From: an uncultured virus (IMG/VR IMGVR_UViG_3300010334_000053)
Taxonomy: Duplodnaviria > Heunggongvirae > Uroviricota > Caudoviricetes
Length of the DNA: 64,000 bases
Virus record (IMG/VR): IMGVR_UViG_3300010334_000053
Direction: 5' to 3' (one strand)
Made by a program: the position numbers and the translations under genes. Below are positions 57,655-64,000 of this stretch, piece by piece; within the stretch, counting starts at the first letter, position 1; each line of letters begins with the position of its first letter. Under the pieces are notes generated by a model. The model saw only the letters and a list, made by a program, of their open reading frames with translations. It made no database searches and was not told where the DNA came from.

Positions 57655-58281
57655 ATGAATATTTATTACGTCTATGCTTATCTCCGTAAGAAAGATCTCA
57701 CACCATATTATATCGGTAAAGGTAAAGATAATCGTGCTTATCGCAAACATAATGTACCTGTACCAAGGGATAGGTCTATGATTGTTTTTCTAGAAACAGG
57801 ATTAACCAATATTGGTGCCTGCGCATTAGAACGACGCTATATCAGGTGGTATGGACGAAAAGATTTAGGTACAGGAATATTGCGAAATAGAACTGATGGC
57901 GGCGACGGTATACCGGGAATCTTGCACACAGTTGAACGAAATCAAAAAATTAGTAAAAAACTAAAAGGTAAATTTGTATCAGAAACTACTAGAAAAAGAC
58001 TTAGTGATTCTCATATAGGAAAACAAACAGGATCTAATAATGGAATGTTTGGTAAAACTCATTCTGAAAAAGTAAAGAATGATCATAGATTGCGTATGAT
58101 AGGTAATAAAAATAGTCTAGGAAATAAGCATACCGAAGAAGCTAGATTAAAGCAATCACTACGTGCTAAGAATAGGGAAATTAAAATATGTCCCCACTGT
58201 GGATTTGGATGTACTGGATCAAATTATACAAGATGGCATGGGGATAATTGTAAAAAATTAGGTCAAAAAAATATTGGGTAG
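57655..58281 (+). CDS. GIY-YIG homing endonuclease with NUMOD3 repeats
   Basis: YYVYAY..PYYIGKG..RA, NRTDGG, GKTHSE, KHTEE, CPHCG..RWHGDNC; start after AAGGA. Confidence 0.8.
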   Translation: MNIYYVYAYLRKKDLTPYYIGKGKDNRAYRKHNVPVPRDRSMIVFLETGLTNIGACALERRYIRWYGRKDLGTGILRNRTDGGDGIPGILHTVERNQKISKKLKGKFVSETTRKRLSDSHIGKQTGSNNGMFGKTHSEKVKNDHRLRMIGNKNSLGNKHTEEARLKQSLRAKNREIKICPHCGFGCTGSNYTRWHGDNCKKLGQKNIG

Positions 58282-58303
58282 ACGCTAATCTACCCAATAT
58301 TTT
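58268..58303. terminator. bidirectional terminator
   Basis: 15-bp inverted repeat between convergent genes. Confidence 0.7.
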
Positions 58304-58313
58304 AAGTTATGTA

Positions 58314-59738
58314 TTAGATGTCGTATCGTGGATCCATGATAGTTGACATCATAATTCCCACCGGCGTAAATTTATCCATTTCTGCTGACAGTATGGACTT
58401 CATAATAGCCGGAGAAAATCCGCTCACAAGTGCCGCACCGCTCTTGTCTGCCTTCACAGGAACATTATCTGAACTGTTAAGATTCCAAAATACTATTGCA
58501 GGAACCTGATATCCCGCTTCTGCGTACTTGCGTTCAATCATTTCCATAGCAGAATCATCATTTCTGATGCACTGATTGAACTGCATATCACTGAGCACCA
58601 AAAGGATCTCAGGCATTTCACTCTGAGGTACACCGTTCTTGACTGCAACATCAAGAATCTTGTTGAATGCAGCGTGTAGGTTAGTACTCATGCCCCATTC
58701 GCTCTTGACCATCTGTGCAGCCTTTTCAACAACATTGCCCTTGAGAGTAACTAGCTGAGGACTGGAACTGAAAGTAAGGAAAGTGTCCTTGAACTTGCCA
58801 GTGTTCTTGTCCGCAAGATAGAGACCCAGTGAAACTGCAACGTCAAGGCAAGTAACCTCACTCTTAGAAGAGCTACCACCTGCACGACAAGTCATAGAAC
58901 CCGAAACGTCAACCAGTGGAAGGATGTTTGCATCCCCAACGTAGTTAGGAAGCGCATTCCACTGTGCCACAACATGGTCAAGTTCAGTCTTACCAAGTGC
59001 TACGCGACTGTAAGGATTGATTACACCCTTGAGAACGTCATACGGATACACTGCGCCAGCGTTGACCTTTACAGTAGGATCACCCTTTACCAGCTTGGCA
59101 ACATACTCGGCAAACTTTGGAGTATTGCGAGTAAAAGCCTTCTTGTAGCGCGAAGCTGCAAGACTAGGAACATGGTTAAAGTTGATGTTATCCCAATCCT
59201 TAGAACACATCTGAGTTTCAACAACCCGGGTCAGGTTAACCAGCGTCTTACGATACTGCTTAGGGCTCATACCAAGTGCAGATCGAAGTTCTGCTGCCAC
59301 TGCGCCCTTGCGAGGCATCCACTTGGCGCAAAGACCATTGCCACTGGCAAGTGCATCTGCGATCAGTGCGTATGCTTCGGTCTTGAGATCGATGGTTTCA
59401 AAGACGAGTAGATCGTCCCATCGACCAATTTCTGGTACCTTTGCAAGAAGTGCCTTTGCTGCATCGGTGTCAGTCTTTTCCAGCTGAACAAGGATGTCAC
59501 GGAAAATCTTACGTTCGCCTGCACCGCCACGAGCGTCACGCGCCCACTGTGCAACGCGCAGTGCAATTTCTCGATTTTCCACGAATGCGCCAGTGAAGGC
59601 AGGCACGATGTCCTTGCCACGCGATCCGCCAACGGCAAAGAAAAGGTCGACGTTCTTGGACGCTGACGACTTAAGAGCCTTCATACCATTTGCAGTCCTT
59701 GCAGATTGATTTGCAACCGCTTCAATAAAAGTAGACAT
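58314..59738 (-). CDS. Ro60/TROVE-like vWA protein (DUF2828-type)
   Basis: TANG, RDARGGAGER, GRWDDL, AKWMPR, MIDAS DVSGSM, SDMQF, FWNL, SGFSP. Confidence 0.8.
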   Translation of the reverse strand: MSTFIEAVANQSARTANGMKALKSSASKNVDLFFAVGGSRGKDIVPAFTGAFVENREIALRVAQWARDARGGAGERKIFRDILVQLEKTDTDAAKALLAKVPEIGRWDDLLVFETIDLKTEAYALIADALASGNGLCAKWMPRKGAVAAELRSALGMSPKQYRKTLVNLTRVVETQMCSKDWDNINFNHVPSLAASRYKKAFTRNTPKFAEYVAKLVKGDPTVKVNAGAVYPYDVLKGVINPYSRVALGKTELDHVVAQWNALPNYVGDANILPLVDVSGSMTCRAGGSSSKSEVTCLDVAVSLGLYLADKNTGKFKDTFLTFSSSPQLVTLKGNVVEKAAQMVKSEWGMSTNLHAAFNKILDVAVKNGVPQSEMPEILLVLSDMQFNQCIRNDDSAMEMIERKYAEAGYQVPAIVFWNLNSSDNVPVKADKSGAALVSGFSPAIMKSILSAEMDKFTPVGIMMSTIMDPRYDI

Positions 59739-59751
59739 AGTTATTTCCCTT

Positions 59752-59785
59752 CAGTTTAGGTTAAAAAATTGCTGTTACTAAACTT
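59752..59785 (-). ncRNA. CAGCAA stem element in 5' UTR of TROVE-like gene
   Basis: AGTTTAG-TAA-CAGCAA-TTTTTTAAC-CTAAACT abutting the SD. Confidence 0.55.
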
Positions 59786-59798
59786 TATTTGTTCTCAC

Positions 59799-59827
59799 AT
59801 TATATACAAAAATTATTTTTGTGTCAA
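59799..59827 (-). promoter_or_regulatory. sigma70-like promoter of TROVE-like gene
   Basis: Perfect TTGACA-17-TATAAT. Confidence 0.75.
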
Positions 59828-60556
59828 TCGTTTTTTTGCTATTTTAGAAGTTATTCCGACATAGTCCCAATTTTCTTTAGGTCCTGTTTGTGACCAAAAT
59901 ACGGTTTTTGGCACTCTTATACAATTTCCTTGCCTATCAACAACGGATACTGTTTCTTTTATTTCCAGCCAATTGTGGGTACCTTTTGCTACCCTATCTG
60001 ATGCTACAGAGGTGCCATCTGCACGTTTTAATAAATTATGAGTGCCATTTTTAACACGCTTATTATTAAGATCAGTTGAGTGCTGTGAACCTTTTTCGCC
60101 TTGAAAATTATGTCTTCCTTCTTTAACTAACTTGGCAGTTCGTTCTTTTGCAAATTTTGAACCTGTTTCTCCCTGCCACGGGTGTGTTCCGTTTTCGACC
60201 ATTTTTCTTGCTTTAATTGAAGAAGCAATTTTCATATTTTTAGTATTGTGTTTCTTGTGGCCTTTGTCACTTCCTCCATCAATACCGTTTTCTATTTTAA
60301 AATTTGCCCATTCCTTTGATTCAACAATATTATTATTTTTTGAAAACGTTGATGCAGCTTTTATGCATTCATTTTTGTCTTCAAAGAATCCAATAATTTC
60401 GGTTTCAAATAATTTACCATGTTTTCGTAAATGTGCCAGCCAATATTCACCAGATCCAGTATATTTGTATGGATCAGAACTAATAGTTTTTCCAAAATAC
60501 TTTAAGCCAGTTATTGTGTGGGTTTTAACATAAAGATATGTAGGTTTAAAAGACAT
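59813..60556 (-). CDS. GIY-YIG-related homing endonuclease with GTH(N/P) repeats
   Basis: YLYVK.H..TGLKYFGKT..YTGSG; four GTH/GRH repeats. Confidence 0.75.
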   Translation of the reverse strand: MSFKPTYLYVKTHTITGLKYFGKTISSDPYKYTGSGEYWLAHLRKHGKLFETEIIGFFEDKNECIKAASTFSKNNNIVESKEWANFKIENGIDGGSDKGHKKHNTKNMKIASSIKARKMVENGTHPWQGETGSKFAKERTAKLVKEGRHNFQGEKGSQHSTDLNNKRVKNGTHNLLKRADGTSVASDRVAKGTHNWLEIKETVSVVDRQGNCIRVPKTVFWSQTGPKENWDYVGITSKIAKKRLTQK

Positions 60557-60606
60557 AAAAACTCCTTTTTAAGTATTTATGTCTAGTACGCGCTTCTTGA
60601 TTAAAA

Positions 60607-60713
60607 CAGGATGTTGTGACATTAAAAGACCGGGAGTCGAACCCATTGTCACTGTCCCCACTGGACTGGCCCGCTAGTTTTGGCAGCGAATAATGATTGC
60701 GGTAATCATCCTA
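60607..60713 (-). ncRNA. Y-RNA-like/tRNA-mimic element 1
   Basis: TAGGATG/CATCCTG closing stem, CCGCAA, D-like GTCC-AGTGG-GGAC, T arm GGG-TTCGACT-CCC. Confidence 0.6.
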
Positions 60714-60732
60714 AAATATGATTTGAATTAAA

Positions 60733-60797
60733 CAGGATGCCTTTTTTGCTTTTTTGATTACAAGTCAAGTGCATAAAGGTTTGCTGAAAGCATCCTA
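60733..60797 (-). ncRNA. Y-RNA-like/anticodon-mimic element 2
   Basis: TAGGATGC/GCATCCTG stem, CAGCAA, TTGA-CTTGTAA-TCAA loop. Confidence 0.6.
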
Positions 60798-60807
60798 AAA
60801 CTTAATT

Positions 60808-60993
60808 TTAGATTGTTTGTTCGTGTTGTTCTATTAATCTATCTATCCAAAAAATCCACCAAGCCTGTTGCAATGCTTTATATAACTCTATTGCAGCAGG
60901 ATCTTTTTGAATATGTACTAAATCAGATTCGGTCGGGTGTGTTTCTCTATACCAAGAAGCAAACGTAGTCGAATCATGTTGTCTTTTTTTCAT
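60808..60993 (-). CDS. hypothetical protein
   Basis: ATGA overlap with pth2. Confidence 0.5.
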   Translation of the reverse strand: MKKRQHDSTTFASWYRETHPTESDLVHIQKDPAAIELYKALQQAWWIFWIDRLIEQHEQTI

Positions 60994-61388
60994 GTAAACG
61001 TCTTTAACGCTTTGATATCGTCACCAATATTTTCTTCTGCAATTGGACCAAGTCCTAAACAGGTCGTGGTCGGCTCGTCGAACACAGTAAATGCAGCATC
61101 AGTTACAAGACTAGTACCACAGATATCCTTGTACTTGTCTTGCAGCACACGTAGTTCTTCTACAGTGTCTACAATCAGCGTGATCTTATAAGCCCGATCG
61201 CCATTCTGGTACTTTTCTGCATCACTAGGTCCGTCACTGGCAAATCCATGTTCACCAGGAAATCTTTTTACAGAATCCCAAAAACTGTGAAGGTAGGCGT
61301 GTCCTGCCTGAGTACACATCTTACCACGAATGCCGTTCATTTTCTTTACCGATTCAAGGGCAAAGATACAGTACATTTTAACTTTCAT
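60990..61388 (-). CDS. peptidyl-tRNA hydrolase, Pth2 family
   Basis: GKMCTQAGHA, KITL, VTDAAFTVF, TTTCLGLGP; start reassigned to MKVK. Confidence 0.85.
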   Translation of the reverse strand: MKVKMYCIFALESVKKMNGIRGKMCTQAGHAYLHSFWDSVKRFPGEHGFASDGPSDAEKYQNGDRAYKITLIVDTVEELRVLQDKYKDICGTSLVTDAAFTVFDEPTTTCLGLGPIAEENIGDDIKALKTFT

Positions 61389-61406
61389 ATCTCTACCTTT
61401 CAAAAT

Positions 61407-61484
61407 TGGAGCGCCGGGCGTGATTCGAACACGCGGTGTTACTGCTTTGCAGGCAGTTGCATTGGGCCTCTCTGCCACCGACGC
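61407..61484 (-). tRNA. tRNA-Cys(GCA)
   Basis: ACTGC-CTGCAAA-GCAGT; TTCGAAT; U73-CCA. Confidence 0.9.
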
Positions 61485-61497
61485 ATTATTTAAATTC

Positions 61498-61585
61498 TGG
61501 CGGAGCGTGTGGGAATCGAACCCACTCTACCCATTTAGGTAGTACAGATTAGCAGTCTGCTGCATTACCGGCCTGCCCACGCTCC
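61498..61585 (-). tRNA. tRNA-Ser(GCT)
   Basis: GCAGA-CTGCTAA-TCTGT, long variable arm, G73-CCA. Confidence 0.92.
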
Positions 61586-61600
61586 GTATTTGTTGTTGCA

Positions 61601-61629
61601 ATTATAGTACTATTTATTAGCAGTGTCAA
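61601..61629 (-). promoter_or_regulatory. sigma70-like promoter for tRNA-pth2-ncRNA unit
   Basis: TTGACA-17-TATAAT. Confidence 0.7.
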
Positions 61630-61637
61630 CGCTAAAT

Positions 61638-62054
61638 TTACAATCCTGCCTTTTTTACTAACTCTTTATATCCAGCCCAGCTAGGATGAATATGATCAGG
61701 TTGTACACGCTTAGTTGCAATAATCTGATCGCCATGTTCGTGTGCTAGTTTCTCAACAATTGCATTTACATTTTCTTTACAAAACTTTTCATTGCACGGC
61801 GGCATAATCCATACAACACGACTTGAGTGGACACGATTTCGCATCTTACGAAGTTCTGCTTCAGTATGAATGAACTGATGATCATTAGTGCCAAGACTAA
61901 TGACAACTAGCTTAGAATCAAGAGCAGTATTGCCCCATTTCTTGTTCCACTGCCACGTGTTATATCCACCTTTAGCATATGAAACACATTGCTTAGGTGC
62001 AAACATTTCAGTACCAACGGCGATACTATCGCCGATAATTAAACATTCCAACAT
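61638..62054 (-). CDS. SGNH/GDSL hydrolase
   Basis: IGDSI, LGTND, DHIHP. Confidence 0.8.
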   Translation of the reverse strand: MLECLIIGDSIAVGTEMFAPKQCVSYAKGGYNTWQWNKKWGNTALDSKLVVISLGTNDHQFIHTEAELRKMRNRVHSSRVVWIMPPCNEKFCKENVNAIVEKLAHEHGDQIIATKRVQPDHIHPSWAGYKELVKKAGL

Positions 62055-62374
62055 TAATCACCCTTTACTGTTTTTGCCTTACCATCTTGTACTAGCTTGT
62101 GACGCGCTTTATTCACCCTGGGAGTAGGAGCATCGCCACCGGCAAATTCATGCTTGGTAAGCAATAGGTCTTTATGTTGAATAAATTCTTCCATTATTTT
62201 AAAATCGCAATCAGCAGCAATATAAATGCCATTATGGGATGTGAAGGGAAAATCACAAATGCAATAATTAACAACAAACAGTCCACTATTACCTCCGCAT
62301 CTTTGCAATTTCTTCCGCGTCACTTTGTTCAAAAATCGGCACCATATTTGATTTATGCATCGTGCCAATTCCAA
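62054..62374 (-). CDS. hypothetical protein (true start probably downstream)
   Basis: Stop coupled to SGNH start; 5' part overlaps neighbour. Confidence 0.35.
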   Translation of the reverse strand: MELARCINQIWCRFLNKVTRKKLQRCGGNSGLFVVNYCICDFPFTSHNGIYIAADCDFKIMEEFIQHKDLLLTKHEFAGGDAPTPRVNKARHKLVQDGKAKTVKGD

Positions 62375-62696
62375 TTAGTTTGCGCGCACCTGAATATTGC
62401 ATTGGCGCCTTGGCAAATCCATTACCCACGCCGTTGCCGCTGGAGATCACAGGACTTGGTCGACGGTATGTTTCTGTTTTGAATGGATCTTTGACGATCT
62501 TAGATGTATACTTACTCTTGCCCTGTTTGTAGGCAATGTACTCATCAACCGTCTTTTCCTTGAGACCAAGTCTGCGCATCTGCTTGTTGTAAGTGCGAAA
62601 CTCTTCTGCAAGTTTTGCAGTTATTGTAACAGGCTTAGACTTCTTACGTTTAGTAGAAGTAGTTGATAATCCTGGTCCACAAAGATGCATACTCAT
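62289..62696 (-). CDS. hypothetical basic phage protein
   Basis: GIGTMHKSNMVPIF...IAKMRR. Confidence 0.7.
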   Translation of the reverse strand: MSMHLCGPGLSTTSTKRKKSKPVTITAKLAEEFRTYNKQMRRLGLKEKTVDEYIAYKQGKSKYTSKIVKDPFKTETYRRPSPVISSGNGVGNGFAKAPMQYSGARKLIGIGTMHKSNMVPIFEQSDAEEIAKMRR

Positions 62697-62716
62697 AAAA
62701 ATTCCTATTTAAAAAT

Positions 62717-62794
62717 TGGTGATGCCAGTAGGACTCGAACCTACGACCTAAAGATTAGAAGTCTTTTGCTCTATTCCAGCTGAGCTATGGCACC
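62717..62794 (-). tRNA. tRNA-Arg(TCT)
   Basis: AAAGA-CTTCTAA-TCTTT; CCA encoded. Confidence 0.93.
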
Positions 62795-62803
62795 ATAATT
62801 TTG

Positions 62804-62992
62804 TTAAGCCTGACCGTTTTTCCAGTCATCTTCGGTGATTTCAAAGTCGGCATTTTTAACAGACTTAATGGCTCTAAACACGGTTACTACACCTAAACAC
62901 ACAGCACCGGTTACACCAAATACTGCAAGAAATGCAATTTTTGGACCTAGAATTCTTGCCTGCTCATATACTGCATGTTTGATCTGTTTCAT
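62804..62992 (-). CDS. small membrane protein
   Basis: One TM helix; SD AAGG. Confidence 0.6.
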   Translation of the reverse strand: MKQIKHAVYEQARILGPKIAFLAVFGVTGAVCLGVVTVFRAIKSVKNADFEITEDDWKNGQA

Positions 62993-63116
62993 TGTGGTAG
63001 CCTTATTTACTCATCAAGTAAAACACACCAAATACTGCAAGAATTGCAATCTTTGGACCTAAAATTCTTGCTTGTTCATATACTGCATGTTTGATCTGTT
63101 TCATTGTGGTAGCCTT
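62913..63116. repeat. 92-bp direct repeat (62913-63004, 63025-63116)
   Basis: 5 mismatches, period 112. Confidence 0.9.
63003..63104 (-). CDS. 33-aa paralog of downstream membrane protein
   Basis: MKQIKHAVYEQARILGPKIAILAVFGVFYLMSK*. Confidence 0.5.
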   Translation of the reverse strand: MKQIKHAVYEQARILGPKIAILAVFGVFYLMSK

Positions 63117-63214
63117 TGTAATTGCTATTTACTTGACAAGTATAAAACACCATGATGTTATTGTCAATATTAAAAATTAATAAATAATATGGTTACTTTG
63201 GAGAAATATGTACC

Positions 63215-63691
63215 ATGAATATTAAAGAACTTCTTAACATTTCCGAAGGAGAAATTGTTGATTTTGATGCTGCAAAGCAAGATAAAGAGTTGAAGGGATT
63301 TCACAAAGATTTCATGGGAAAAGTTCAACAACGTGCCAGTGGCATGAATGCAGTAATGTCAGCGATGAAAGAAAAAGGAATCTTTGATGATCTTCCTGTT
63401 GGAACTAGAATTCGTCTATCAAAAGGCGGAAGTTACAAAGTTATCCGACATGGCGTAACACGTTCAAAAACTGGCATGGAAAACTCATTTTCAGCAAATT
63501 TTCGAAAAGATCATGGATTCGGACCAGCTTATTTTTTGCCTACGGAAGACGGATTCTATACACCACTAGTGTATCTTAGGAAAGAAGAATCAAACGGCGA
63601 TTATGAAGAAAGTGGTTTCCATCTTGATAAACTTATGAATTTTGAAACTGGTGAAAAACGTTACACTAAGTTTACCGGTCCGCAACGTTAA
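63215..63691 (+). CDS. hypothetical protein with capsid-targeting-like N-terminus
   Basis: MNIKELLNISE; ATAAATA at 63180; SD GGAG. Confidence 0.7.
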   Translation: MNIKELLNISEGEIVDFDAAKQDKELKGFHKDFMGKVQQRASGMNAVMSAMKEKGIFDDLPVGTRIRLSKGGSYKVIRHGVTRSKTGMENSFSANFRKDHGFGPAYFLPTEDGFYTPLVYLRKEESNGDYEESGFHLDKLMNFETGEKRYTKFTGPQR

Positions 63692-63692
63692 T

Positions 63693-63769
63693 TGGTGCTC
63701 CTAACAGGATTCGAACCTGTGGCCTCAAGATTAGGAATCGTGCGCTCTATCCTGCTGAGCTATAGGAGC
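63693..63769 (-). tRNA. tRNA-Arg(CCT)
   Basis: TT-CCT-AA loop, one stem mismatch, CCA. Confidence 0.88.
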
Positions 63770-63771
63770 AT

Positions 63772-63845
63772 TGGTGCCTCATGACAGGATCGAACTGCCG
63801 TACTCTGATTACGAAACAGATGTAATACCACTATACGAATGAGGC
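63772..63845 (-). tRNA. tRNA-Thr(CGT)
   Basis: TT-CGT-AA loop; GCCTCAT acceptor; CCA. Confidence 0.88.
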
Positions 63846-63846
63846 G

Positions 63847-63932
63847 TGGTACGGGCGACAGGACTCGAACCTGCACTAGCGTAACTAACTGAGGCTTAAA
63901 CTCAGCGGGTCTACCAATTCCCCCACGCCCGC
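63847..63932 (-). tRNA. tRNA-Leu(TAA)
   Basis: CTGAG-TTTAAGC-CTCAG; long variable arm; CCA. Confidence 0.92.
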
Positions 63933-63949
63933 ACATACTACTATTTAAC

Positions 63950-64000
63950 TGGAGGAAGATGATGGCATCGAACCATTGACCTTTCAGTCACTACTGCTTT
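63950..64000 (-). tRNA. tRNA 3' half, probably Ser (truncated by window)
   Basis: Long variable arm, T arm, CCA; anticodon ends in A. Confidence 0.65.

Noticed and set aside
60600..60800. CRISPR mini-array from repeated AAACAGGATG...CATCCTAAAA
   Set aside because: The repeats are inverted ends of two structured units of unequal length, and no cas genes are in the window.
61389..61478. N-terminal extensions of Pth2 (and of dCMP deaminase at 51225-51269)
   Set aside because: They overlap tRNA or tRNA-like genes; downstream ATGs with SD sequences are better starts.
192..63062. Most short + strand ORFs and nested ORFs in the track (e.g. 921-1211, 53423-53965, 58974-59411)
   Set aside because: Antisense or alternate-frame shadows of well-supported genes, with no motifs.
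1..64000. Stop-codon reassignment
   Set aside because: Known genes are full length in the standard code, coding density is high, and no suppressor tRNA was seen.

Overview
This is a 64-kb, AT-rich, gene-dense segment of a large (jumbo-type) tailed dsDNA phage with T4-superfamily-like replication genes. It is coded almost entirely on the minus strand in the standard genetic code. In order it holds: a MoxR-type AAA/DUF2201 pair; an RNase H/5'-3' exonuclease; a two-glycosyltransferase cluster beside the sliding clamp and family-B DNA polymerase; Dps and a block of probable capsid-internal, Glu-punctuated modular proteins that includes two Pol-beta nucleotidyltransferases, a cytidylyltransferase and a deaminase fusion; ClpA, DnaJ, SAM decarboxylase, PhoH, clamp loader and GroES; tail-like genes with an S8 protease; a degenerate SufC/SufBD pair, SOD, UvsE and ClpP; split HldE sugar-nucleotide genes; and an RNA-repair/tRNA island (kinase, RNA ligase, phosphoesterase, Ro/TROVE-like vWA protein, Pth2, seven tRNAs and three homing endonucleases). 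The most interesting signals are non-coding. (i) Three stem-C(A/C)GCAA-stem RNA elements lie upstream of the Ro/TROVE-like gene, two carrying tRNA-mimic arms and one sitting in that gene's own 5' UTR. (ii) Two homing endonuclease genes share a covarying leader structure. (iii) A 104-nt tRNA-like gene has a non-canonical middle. (iv) A tandem hairpin motif lies upstream of the polymerase. All calls come from reading motifs by eye; no database searches were run.
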